From Octopus vulgaris (Eukaryota): a stretch of DNA of 64,000 bases. Position 1 is the stretch's first letter; each line of letters begins with the position of its first letter. The stretch covers positions 12,462,001 to 12,526,000 of the forward strand of contig OX597830.1 in assembly GCA_951406725.2 (NCBI GenBank). The letters run 5' to 3'. Positions 11,600-23,146 of the stretch are shown in pieces. The translations under genes were made by a program, and so were the position numbers. The notes under the pieces are model-generated. The model saw only the letters and a list, made by a program, of their open reading frames with translations. It was not told the origin of the DNA and searched no databases.

Positions 11600-12581
11600 C
11601 GGGTCACACAAACGACAGCAGTGTTATTACCAGTTCGAAAATGCCAGTGGCAAGTTCCAGGGTTGTAAAGAAACCATTCACTGTTATGGAGAAAATCTCT
11701 CGCTGCAGACAGACGATGTAAAATACACCTAAATCAGCTCGCAGCGCCACCTTGTCAGACTGTGAGATGCAAGTATTTCGTATGTTGACTTAATTCAATG
11801 AATGGCATGGAATTACGCGCTTGGGCATCGTTTGTTGACGTGGTGAAAAACTTGTTAGGCATTCGCCGGGCCGAAAACTACAAGGAGTTAGTGGAAAAGC
11901 TGTTGAAAAGTCTACAGAACGTAGGCGCTAATATGAGTATTAAGGTTCTTTTTTTACATAGCCATCTCGATAAATTTCTGGATAATTGCGGCGATGTGAG
12001 TGATGAGCAAGGAGAACGATTCCATCAGGATATCAAAAAAATATAAGAGCGCTACCAAGTACGGTGGGACAAACAAGTGATGGCTGACTACTGCTGGAGT
12101 ATCAAAACGGACTTAAATAATATTGGACGTGACAGACAATCAAGAAAAAGAACATTTTTATCATAGTTCTTATGCTCGTGAAGGTTTTATTTCTGCTGTC
12201 AGTTTATTTAATGATTTGATGAAAATACTTGTTGGTCTTGGTATATTCAATTGTGTTACTTTTAAAGACTTAGGGTCTGATTGTTATTGCAAAAATAGTA
12301 TTTCTCAATAAGCAGAGCAATATTTGTTGGTTTAAATATGAATTGAGAGGTTTCTACGATTTTACTTTGAGAAATTTTGCCATCGAACAATATCAAATAT
12401 AGAGAAAACAAATGAAAAAAAAATGCTTCGTTTCCAAAAATGAGGCATTTCTGTACAGCAAAAACGGTAGCTAACCAAGGAAAAGTAAGGTCATTTTCAG
12501 ATTCAGCTCCCTCAAATTAGCTAAAGAAAGATGCTTGGTGTCTCGACACCATTTCAAATTTTTTGTTATTGGTGACCAGTG
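11600..12581 (+). mobile_element. Chapaev3-like (CMC superfamily) DNA transposon, 5'-truncated/internally deleted
   Basis: ORF 11798-12046 plus continuation: MSIKV.FLHSHLDKF.DNCGDVSDEQGERFHQDIK...RYQ.RWDKQVMADYCWSIK; right end ...GACCAGTG followed by TAA (CAGTG terminus, TWA target). Confidence 0.7.
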
Positions 12582-13599
12582 TAATTATACAACAACAGAG
12601 AAAGAAATATTCCCATTCGTTTCTCCCAACGATATTAATAGTATGTGAGACAGGAAACGAGCATCCAAAATAAATCACGGACTTGGTTCACCAGAAGCTT
12701 ACCCCTGCTTTGTTTTAATCACCCCCTTATAGGCTAAATTACATGAGATCACCTGCATATAGAAAAGCACATAATTTTTTGTGTTAGTTAAACACTGGAC
12801 TGTTTCCCATGCAGTATATACTCTTCTTTGCATTACTGATGTCGTCGTTGACAAGAGTAAACGCTAAAACAACTTATGTTTGGTTTATTGCAGGACTTCC
12901 TCGTCCCTCCAACACAAGATTGGACGCAAGACATAACACTGAATACTTATTTACACAAACGTGTTCAAAAATGCGCGCGCATACATTCACACACATACAC
13001 GTGTATGCATATATGCAGTCACACACGTGAATATATAATTCTAAAATTGAAATTAAAAAAAGTACTTGTATATCACTAGGTTATGGTATTAGCTTCTTGT
13101 AACGCACAGCCTTCCCTTGAATATCATTTATGTAACTCATGTAACTGAGAAAGTCAGAAGCAATTTTTATTACTGATTTATCCTTTCATATTCGATGATA
13201 AACACAACGATTTTGCCATTGTTGATGAGTCGCTGACATTAGTTTCTCACCATCACAAGCAAAAGTGCTATATCAGGAGCACGAGTTACCACATCAACAA
13301 GTAGAGATAGCTACAGTGAAGTAGAGACACAGATGGAGAGGCAAAGAAGAAAAAAACAGGAAAGCAAGCAGGTCCAAAAGAGTGAGGTAGTATGTAAGGG
13401 TGAGTAGGACGTAAGCTATGAAGGAATATAATCAGGGACAAGACACGGAAATTGGATTTAGATTGGGTTTTAGAATAAATCTTTGACACATATCGGATGT
13501 CTAAGTATAAAGATAGACTGATGCCGATACACAATTCATAGAAGAGCGTTCATTGGTTGCTATCTAGGAAAAGAAAATGAAAATGTGAGTCACCAGGTT

Positions 13600-14256
13600 A
13601 GTAGAGATTCACTTTCTTCCTTTTTTTTCTCTCGCTCCCTCTCTCTCTCTCACATTTCTTGGCCCTCTCTTTCTTTAACTCCCACTATTTCCCACTCGTT
13701 TATCTCCCCTGTACCTTTCTCTTTGTCTCTGATTTTTTCTAATCCTTCAATCCCGCTGCCCTTACCCTCCTTCCACGTGACCGGTGTCCGGCCAGCCATG
13801 ATCTTTCTTTCTTGTCCTGACCGCCGACCGCCAACACCTCTTATGTCCATCTCCCATGTTCCTGCCTTTAGGCTTTCACTTCATACACACTTCATACACG
13901 CTAGCTCGATTTGATTCGTTCTCAGTCGAAAGACAACTGTTGTTATTCCTTGTTGTTTGCATTCATAATTGTGTACCATGTTCTCCGTTTTTTGTCTTTG
14001 TTGTCGTACACATTCGTTAGCTGTCTTACAAAGGGATCTAATGCACTTAGCTTAGATTAGGGTGGGGGCAACCAGATTAAACCCTCTCAAATGTAACTGC
14101 CCGAAATGGTCGTGACGTCTAGTACTTGACTGAAGAAAGAAGGCCACGAATGACCCGTCTTTTTTTGCCTGTCCTCCTAATTGTTGTTTCTTTTGTCCGC
14201 CTTTGTATCGTCTATCTGTCCGAATGTTTTTATTGTCCTCTATTGCGTTTTAGTTC
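13600..14256 (+). mobile_element. Probable Penelope-like non-coding (pLTR/UTR-type) fragment ending at a (TA)n run
   Basis: Pyrimidine-rich tract, then CCGAAA...CTGAAGA motif, then T-rich tail; same architecture as 49660-50735 (minus) and 54800-55590. Confidence 0.35.
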
Positions 14257-14277
14257 TATATATATATATATATATAT

Positions 14278-14871
14278 AACATTATTATCGATTATTATAA
14301 TTGGATACAAATTAATTTATTAATTAACATATTCACCGACAAATATTTCATTTCACAAGCAAAATTAAAAGTACAAAACATATAAATATATAATTTTTCA
14401 TTAAAAATACCTTGTATGGAAAATCATCAGAGTGTACAAAAGACAGGACGATAAAAGAATTACATTAAGAAACGTTTGGAATACTCAAAATATAGAGACA
14501 TATTTATTACGAGTGCATGTATATGGGTGTGCACGCATGCGTTCAAATTGTTACTTTTATTTTTATTTAGTAACAATAAAAGTAACAATTTTAACGCATG
14601 CGTGCACACACCCATATACATACACTCTTAATAAACATGTCTACATTCGGTGTATTCCAAACGTTTCTTAATATATTCCTTCTATTGTCCTTTGTACACC
14701 CTGATGATTTTCTATACAAGGTATTTATGATGCAAAATTATATATTTATATATGTTTTGTGCTTTTAATTTTGCTTGTGAAATGAAACAATTGTAGGTGA
14801 ATATGCTAATTAATCAATTAATAAATTTGTATCCATTAGATCTCTCTGTTTTCTAACACGATAATAACGTT
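14278..14871. repeat. Large imperfect palindrome (foldback), core arms ~14303-14560 / ~14575-14834
   Basis: GGATACAAATT...CACAAGCAAAATTAAAAG...AAGAAACGTTTGGAATAC...ACGCATGCGTT mirrored on the other arm; outer match AACATTATTATCG / CGATAATAACGTT. Confidence 0.9.
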
Positions 14872-14907
14872 TGGTATTTTGTGATGTAAGAGAAATATCT
14901 TTATTGT

Positions 14908-14969
<62 letters not shown>

Positions 14970-15476
14970 ATACATACACACAGACCCACACACCCACACA
15001 CTCGCAGAGGGCAAGTTTCAACGCTTTCTTTCAATTTTCTTACACCATTTATCTAACTCTTTCTGACAAGAAAGTTCGCTTTCATGTAAAACAGCTATAT
15101 TTTGTAGTCATTATCCGTAATCAACTCCCAAAACACTACAACCGCTCTACTTTGCATCACTTACAAAGTTATATGTTCTATGATCATTAACGTACAAGAA
15201 CCTGCACAATAAGCCGCCTTCAATTTGGTTTTCTGTTCCTAGGTTAATCGGAAACATAGATTGCCGTGCTACTCATAAACCTCGGCAGTTCAATTATTTG
15301 GTGATAAAAAACCAACAAAACAACTTAAACAATCGAAAGGACGGGTGCGTTTGCCAGTATATACAATTCTTACAAATGTGTGTATATATATATATATATA
15401 TAATTAAAATAGTAATGCAATACGAGAGTATTGCTTTCCAGTAAAGAATAGCCCGTGAGGGTAAAATTATACATAA

Positions 15477-15585
15477 AAGTAAATAAATGGTACGACGAAG
15501 TACCGATATTTACTGGAAATAGCGAACGTAATAAATACGACGCTATTTCCAGTAAATATTGGTACTTCGTTGTACCATTTATTTA

Positions 15586-15588
<3 letters not shown>
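15477..15588. repeat. 48-bp-arm hairpin with 16-nt loop, abutting (TA)n
   Basis: AAGTAAATAAATGGTACGACGAAGTACCGATATTTACTGGAAATAGCG / CGCTATTTCCAGTAAATATTGGTACTTCGTTGTACCATTTATTTACTT. Confidence 0.92.
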
Positions 15589-15625
<37 letters not shown>

Positions 15626-16162
15626 TATCATAAAGGAATATGAATGGACAGATCTATGCACGTTTCCGCAGCATGACAATGTATTCAATAATGCATGATC
15701 TTGCATAAAATTACATTATCCTTATCAAGTAACTGAACCATTTCATCAGGCAATATTTTACAGGTAAATTCAATCTCTGCAAAACTATGTTTGCGGAAAA
15801 TATATATATATTGAATTCAGGTGTTTTATAGAAAAGAATATAATGCAATCATTTCAGTTGAGGAAGGAGGTGATTTGAATTACAACCAATCAATCGGTTT
15901 ATTTGCTGAGGGCAGCAGCAATATTAATAACGTTAGATTTTGTTGGTAGACACATGACAATTCTATCGGATAGACAATTAGATATATTTACCAGTGAAGA
16001 GTTTATCAGTGACGTACACTGTAATAAATTATTACTGTCAACACAACCAATCTTACTAGCAAGTTTGGACGACCAGCCAGCATAATATTGTCACCACTTC
16101 GTAAACCGCAAATTTAATGATAATATAAATGAAGTGATAAAAACGGTTTAGGCATATACAGT

Positions 16163-16620
16163 ACTTACATACATACGTACATACATACATACATACATAC
16201 ATACATACATACGTACGTACATACATACATACGTACGTACGTACATACATACGTACGTACATATATATATATACATACATACATACATACATACATACGT
16301 ACTTACATACATACGTACATACGTACATACGTACATACATACGTACATACATACGTACATACATACATACATACGTACATACATACATACATACATACAT
16401 ACATACGTACGTACGTACATACATACATACGTACATACATACATACATACATACGTACATACATACGTACGTACATACATACATACATGCATACATACAT
16501 ACATACATACGTACATACATGCATATATACATACATACAAGCATGCCTGCATGCATGCACATATTCATACATGCATGCATACATACCAACATACATACAT
16601 TCATACATATATATACACGT
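16163..16620. repeat. (ACAT/ACGT)n tetranucleotide microsatellite
   Basis: Directly visible. Confidence 0.97.
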
Positions 16621-16934
16621 GTATGCACACACAAGATTCTTATAAATGTGTGTGTATATGTATGATATGCATATGATTACACACACAGATATGCACGAGC
16701 ACGCGCGAAAAGAAGAAGAAATTTATACAATCAGATATAAATACGCGTTCAAACACATTAAAATCTACAAAGTGAATTTAAAGAATAAAAAGAATAAAAT
16801 TAAGAGGTCGTAAACTACAATAAAAATGTGGTAAAATATGGTAAAATTACGTGGCAAATTTTGATATGCAAAATGAAGTGGAAAAATATAAAAATGCAAA
16901 CACATGCTTAAACATCAATATACAGATAAATATA

Positions 16935-17338
16935 GGCGCAGGAGTGGCTGTGTGGTAAGTAGCTTGTTTACCAACCACATGGTTCCGGGTTCAGTCCCAC
17001 TGCGTGGCACCTTGGGCAAGTGTCTTCTACTATAGCCTCGGGCCGACCAAAGCTTTGTGAGTGGATTTGGTAGACGGAAACTGAAAAGAAGCCCGTCGTA
17101 TATATGTATATATATATATATATATATATGCGTGTTTGTGTTTGTCCCCCTAGCATTGCTTGACAGCCGATGCTGGTGTGTTTATGTCCCCGTTACTTAG
17201 CGGTTCGGCAAAAGAGACCGATAGAGTAAGTACTGGGCTTACAAAAAGAATAAGTCCCGGGGTCGAGTTGCTCGATTGAAGGCGGTGCTCCAGCATGGCC
17301 GCAGTCAAATGACAAACAAGTAAAAGAGTAAAAAGAGA
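16935..17338 (+). mobile_element. Full-length tRNA-derived SINE, family B
   Basis: GGCGCAGGAGTGGCTGTGTGGTAAG (A box)...GGTTCAGTCCC (B-box-like), internal TA run, AAAGAGT tail; homologous to 41955-42370 and 43020-43190. Confidence 0.85.
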
Positions 17339-18117
17339 GATTCAGACAACAACATCACACAAACACAAATGGAAAGAATCTATATAGACATACACGTCTA
17401 CACACATAACTGTATACGCGTATTTTAAAATTTATAAATTTAAAATAAATATAAAATTTGATTTATAAGATAAAAGAGAATATAAAGACATCGTATTAAA
17501 TTTAGATGGAAAATCAGTTGGAAATATATTAATATGATAAGGAAAGCTGATTAAATTCAGATCAAAGGGATATACTTCAGAAGAATACCGCCATGGCCTG
17601 GTCGGTCGGTATGATATATTCACCGAAAAACAATAAACTAAATTCACCCATTAAATATTTTGTTTAAAGCGAGTGTGCAAGAATGTTTCTGGGAGCACTT
17701 CATTCGTGTGGGTAACAACGAATAATTTAACAAGTTGCTGAATATGGAAGAGAATAATGATTATATAACATCAGTTGTGTGATATTGATTATATAATGAA
17801 AAAGCCGTGGTCGTCTAAGTAATAAACCTCATGAATAAATAATTGCAAGCACAGTTTAGATGACTTCACCTGTCGAGAGAGATTCACACGATTCGGAGGG
17901 CGTAGGTATTACATGGAAAAGAAGTCGTAAACATACATGTATGTGTATATGTGTATGTGTGAATATATGAATGGATGTATAATCATTTGTATGTGTATAT
18001 ATGTTAGCTTATGTACACGTGTGTGTGTGTGTGCATATGAGAGAGGGGACAAACGAAACAAAGCGCACTCGACACATTTATTAGGATTCACATGTATTAT
18101 TCCAAACAGCTTGATTA

Positions 18118-18242
18118 GGATCCCTTGCTATTTCAAGTTTCGCAAATCTCCAATGGAGCCTGTCTCCTCAGGCTGGTGCGACTTAGATATCCCACCAGCC
18201 TAAGGGATTACAGATTTGCGAAAATTGAAGTAGCATGGATCT
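18118..18242. repeat. Imperfect ~125-nt hairpin
   Basis: GGATCCCTTGCTATTTCAAGTTTCGCAAATCT / AGATTTGCGAAAATTGAAGTAGCATGGATCT plus inner CCTCAGGCTGGTG / CACCAGCCTAAGG. Confidence 0.8.
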
Positions 18243-18352
18243 CGAACCAAACTAATTTGAATTATATATATATATATATATATATATGAAGTTAATCCAA
18301 ACATGAAAACACAACGCGAGGACGTGGAACAGGAAAGAAAGAAAGAAGGAGG

Positions 18353-18387
18353 GTTTAACGTTTCGAGCGGAGCTCTTCGTCAGAAAC
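18353..18387 (-). ncRNA. Minimal type I hammerhead ribozyme motif (Penelope-like-element type)
   Basis: Minus strand GTTT CTGACGA A GAGC-TCC-GCTC GAAA CG TT AAAC: stem I GTTT/AAAC, stem II GAGC/GCTC, palindromic mini stem III. Confidence 0.65.
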
Positions 18388-18583
18388 ATAAGAAAAGGAA
18401 AGATCCAAAGAAGCGAAGACGGAGGGAAAAAAATCACCAACGGTACACACGCGGTCACATTTTGAATGACCGGAAGGGAATGGGTGAAGAAAAAGTTCCT
18501 TCAAAGACAGGAGAGTGCAAGAGGAGGTATGTGTGTGTAAGTGTGGATATGTGCGTGCGCGCAGGTCTGCATGTGCGCGTGTG

Positions 18584-20455
18584 GGATCTTTTCATTTTCG
18601 AAGCCAATTTTTTCAAATTTTTCCTACTGAACCAAACAATTTGAAACTTCGTATACTGGTAGAATGTGTCAAAAGTAAACTTAATTGTAAACCAGAATGA
18701 AAACGGAATTGTAACTTCTAAGTTTAACATTGTTTAATAATTAGAATTTTAACCAATGGTATTCGGTCTTTCGGCTTCATATTATTTACTCCGTCTCCAT
18801 AGACTTGACCACCAATTTGGTGACGTAGTAAACACATGGTATGTGAAATGTAAACAAAACGATAACGATGAAATTTTTTACTCGGTGTATGTGTATATGT
18901 ATGAATGTATGTATGTATGTATGTGTGTATGTATCTATGTATGTGTGTGTGTGTGTATGTGTGTGTATGTATGTGTGTGTGTATGTATGTATGTATGTAT
19001 GGCCGATTCAGTGTTTAGTTTTTTCGAGTGAATACTCGGTGTATGTGTATCTGTATGTATGTGTGTGTGTGTGTATGTATCTATGTATGTATGTGTGTGT
19101 ATGTATGTGTGTGTGTGTATGTATCTATGTGTGTGTGTGTGTGTATGTAACACATGAGATGTGAAATGTAAACAAAACGATGAAATTTTTTACTCGGTGT
19201 ATGTGTATATGTATGCATGTGTGTGTGTGTGTGTGTATGTATCTATGTGTGTGTGTGTGTGTATGTGTGTGTGTGTACGTATGTATGGCCGATTCAGTGT
19301 TTAGTTTTTTCGAGTGAAAACGATGAAATTTTTTACTCGGTGTATGTGTGTGTGTGTGTATGTATCTATGTATGTATGTGTGTGTATGTATGTGTGTGTG
19401 TATGTATGTATCTATGTATGTGTGTGTGTATGTGTGTGTATGTATGTGTGTGTGTGTATGTATGTATGTATGGCCGATTCAGTGTTTAGTTTTTTCGAGT
19501 GAATACTCGGTGTATGTGTATCTGTATGTATGTGTGTGTGTATGTATCTATGTATGTATGTGTGTGTATGTATGTGTGTGTGTGTATGTATCTATGTGTC
19601 TGTGTGTGTGTATGTATGTGTGTGTGTATGTAACACATGGGATGTGAAATGTAAACAAAACGATGAAATTTTTTACTCGGTGTATGTGTATATGTATGCA
19701 TGTGTGTGTGTGTGTATGTATCTATGTATGTGTGTTTGTGTGTATGTGTGTGTATGTATGTGTGTGTGTGTATGTATCTATGTATGTATGTGTGTGTATG
19801 TATGTGTGTGTGTATGTATCTATGTATGTGTGTGTGTGTGTATGTATGTGTGTGTGTATGTAACACATGGGATGTGAAATGTAAACAAAACGATGCACAT
19901 ACACCGAGTAAAAAATTTCATCGTTTTCACTCGAAAAAACTAAACACTGAATCGGCCATACATACATACATACATACATGCACACACATACATACATACA
20001 CACACATACACACACACACACATACATAGATACATACACACACACACACATACATATACACATACACCGAGTAAAAAATTTCATCGTTTTGTTTACATTT
20101 CACATCCCATGTGTTACATACACACACACACACACATACATACACACACACACATACATAGATACATACACACACACGCATACATACATATACACATACA
20201 GTTGCCTACGTCACAAAATAGCTTTCCACGTCACACTAACAGAATGCAGTAACGTATTAGATATGAAAACAAACAATCTCATTGGTTAAAAATTCGCAGT
20301 TTTAATCTACGATTAAAGTCATAAAATAGATTTTTCTAAAATAAATTAGTTCCAACTTGTGTCTTGTTTTGAGACACTCTACCAGCACACGAAGTTTAAA
20401 ATTATTTAGTTAACTAGAAAGATCTGGGGTCCTGGCTTCGAAAATGAAAAGATCC
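18584..20455. mobile_element. Non-autonomous DNA transposon (Merlin/IS1016-like: GG..CC ends, 8-bp TSD) with internal amplified array
   Basis: TIR GGATCTTTTCATTTTCGAAGCCA at both ends; exact TSD CGCGTGTG at 18576-18583 and 20456-20463; shares GGATCTTTTC end and AAACTTCGTATACTGGTAGAATGTGT with the three ~430-bp MITEs. Confidence 0.85.
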
Positions 20456-22413
20456 CGCGTGTGTGTATGTGTGTATGTGTGCAATGATAACACGTGTGTG
20501 TGTGTGTGTGTGTGTATACTATATATTATATATATGTATATATTTGCTGTATGATAAAACTGTACACCCCTCCCAATAAAAAGTGGTGATAGCCAGCCAT
20601 TATAAATAGACCAGTAGCCAGTCGACAGGAGAAGTTCAGGAAGGTCGAGGGTACGTGTAGACTGTGTTGATAGTTGTGTCTGTGGTGAAATAGTACTTAT
20701 ACTGTGATACTGAGTTGGACGTTATAACGATCCAACCTTTTGAGGATAACACTGTGCGACTGGGGATGGTAATTGCTAGAGAGAAACATTCTATCGACGA
20801 CTTCGGTATATAACAATATCTATCAGAGCGACAAATGTTGACAAAAGACAGATACAACAGTGGCAAAAGACTGGTTTACAGCAGTGACGACGAGGAAAAA
20901 CAAATTTACGCAGAGTGGAAAAAAACATTCACATAGAGAGCTTAAACTAATTCACATAGAAAATTAAATACCGCCACAAAAAAAAAATCTTGTTGTGCAA
21001 ATTTACGAAAATCGTAAAATATGGAAGACTTGTAATCTGGGATAGTTGAGTTGCAAAAACAGCAACAACAACTCAAGGAATAACAAGAACAACAAGAACT
21101 GTAGCAGCAAATGCTACACTTCACGAAGTTAATAACCAAACCGGAGAACACATTTTCACTTGACCAGGTAACAAATTCCATAAGCGAATTCAAATATGAT
21201 CCCGAAGAAGGAGTAACTTTCGAGGCTTACTTTCGAAGATTTCAACAAACTTTTGAATAAGGGAACCAGGATTGGACGGGCGATATGAAAACGCGTCTAG
21301 TGTTAAGAAAACTAGCGACAGCAGAACATTAGAAGTATAGCAATTTCATATTGTGAAAAAAGCGTCTGACACAGTTGACATTTTGTGCAAAATGTTTAGT
21401 GAAAAGAGCTCACTGTTTAATATTAGAGGAAAATGTTTAAATATAGAAAAGAATGAAGATGAAGACTTTACTACTTACGCAGACAGAGTCAACAAAGAAC
21501 GTGGGAGATTTAGGCTAGATATGCTTACTCCAGATTCTTTGAAATGTTTGATTTGTGCACAATGATTGACAGATAGAGGGGATGCAGAAATTCGTACGAA
21601 AATTCTACCAAAACTGGAAATGAACCAGGATTTGATATTGCAGAAACTGTCAAAGTGTGATAGGATATTAAAATTAAGGAATACTATTTCTTAAGGAATG
21701 ACATGGAAGAAATTCAACGGAGTGTTTCCACATAAGACCAATGTAAAAAAGTCGGAATACAAATTAAGTATTGCAAGAAAGACAGAAAAAATATCGGGAT
21801 GCAGACCCATGTATGGCATGTAGTGGGATGCACTCGAGAAAAGATTGTTCGTATAAGAAAAAAAAAGGAAAAGTTGTGACTATAACAAGCATAAAATTCG
21901 TGAATGTGAGAATTGAAAACGCTCGTGTCAGAATGCAATTAGACACGAGAAGTGGTATCACAATCATGAATGAGAAAACATGGTAACAAATAGGTAAACC
22001 AAACTTATACGGTGTTACGAGAAGAAAATTATATTTCATGGGCGAACGCATTTGTAATATAATGTTCAAAGGTCGAATCAAAAATGTGAATATTTATGTG
22101 TTGAAAAAATTCATAAATTTATTTTGCACCGAACGTATGAAGAAAAATAATTTATAGGATACACCCATAAACATTTTGTGCAAAAGCGTAAACGGAACGG
22201 TCAAACGATCGAACGAGGTCGGTGAACAGAAACAAAAACAAGTGATGTAGAACACTGTGCATGAACTAACAGTAACTTTGGAAGAAATAAAAAGAAATGC
22301 GAGAACTGAAAAATGTATTCATGGGACAAAAGAAAACTGTGGTTGACAAAAGGAAATAAAGACAGGTCTGATGCAAAGAACCGCCAAGATGAGAACATGT
22401 ACTTTATATGTGA

Positions 22414-22810
22414 CTAGCAGTATCGCCTGGCATTGCTCGGGTTTGTAAGGGAAATAACTATATAAGCATTCTTAGAGATGTAAAGTATAATAGCCATCTC
22501 AATATGGCTAACCACAAAAGGGGGGTGTTACTGTAGCTTTTTACGTTCTGAGATTTAATAATACATTTTTAGAGAGTTACTTCCCTTATATAATAGCAAA
22601 AGAAATGCATTAAAAATGGGAAAAGTGATGGTAATTTTTTTTTTATCGTAGACTCATCGTAGATGCGCGCTAATACCCAGAAGGGCTAGATAGGAATCAC
22701 GACTATAAGATACCCGCTTTTGGTTAAACTGCACCGCAAAATGTGGGAGTAGTTAGGAATCTAAATCGTAGGAGACAGACACCACACAACCTTACTTTTA
22801 TATATATAGA
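22414..22810 (-). mobile_element. Non-autonomous Helitron nested in the Gypsy element
   Basis: Minus strand begins A|TCTATATATA and ends CCCGAGCAATGCCAGGCGATACTGCTAG|T: 5'-TC, subterminal GC hairpin, CTAG-3', A|T target, no TSD. Confidence 0.8.
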
Positions 22811-22929
22811 TGTATACTAATGTATGCTTAGAGGGTGGTCTTACCACAGACATTACAGAAGAGAATGCTAAAAGGGTTTCATCTAGGACATTCAAGCATC
22901 TCTAGAATGAATATAAAACTATAGTATCT

Positions 22930-23146
22930 ATTTCTTTACTGCCCACAAGGGGCTAAATACAGAGAGGACAGACAAAGGGATTAAGTCGATTATATCGACC
23001 CCAGTGCGTAACTGGTACTTATTTAATCGACCCCGAAAGGATGAAAGGTAAAGTCGACCTCGGCGGAATTTGAACTCAGAACGTAACGCCAGACGAAATA
23101 CCGCTAAGCATTTCGCCCGACGTGCTAACGTTTCTGCCAGCTCGCC
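22930..23146 (-). mobile_element. Full-length SINE family A nested in Gypsy integrase region
   Basis: Reverse complement GGCGAGCTGGCAGAAACGTTAGCACG...GAGTTCAAATTCC...TTTCATCCTTTCGGGGTCGATTAAATAAGTACC. Confidence 0.88.

Noticed and set aside
15713-15777. Possible minus-strand exon IEFTCKILPDEMVQLLDKDN
   Set aside because: Weak donor, does not fit the PDE sequence, and the PDE exon chain is complete without it
16056-16686. MYVC/YIYI/THTH-type ORFs here and at 18756-20289, 50668-51438, 57276-57956, 60646-61198
   Set aside because: Di- and tetranucleotide microsatellites lacking stops; no coding signal
18831-20116. CRISPR-like repeat-spacer array
   Set aside because: Spacers are TG/TGTA simple repeats, two alternating box types, no cas genes, eukaryotic context, enclosed by transposon TIRs
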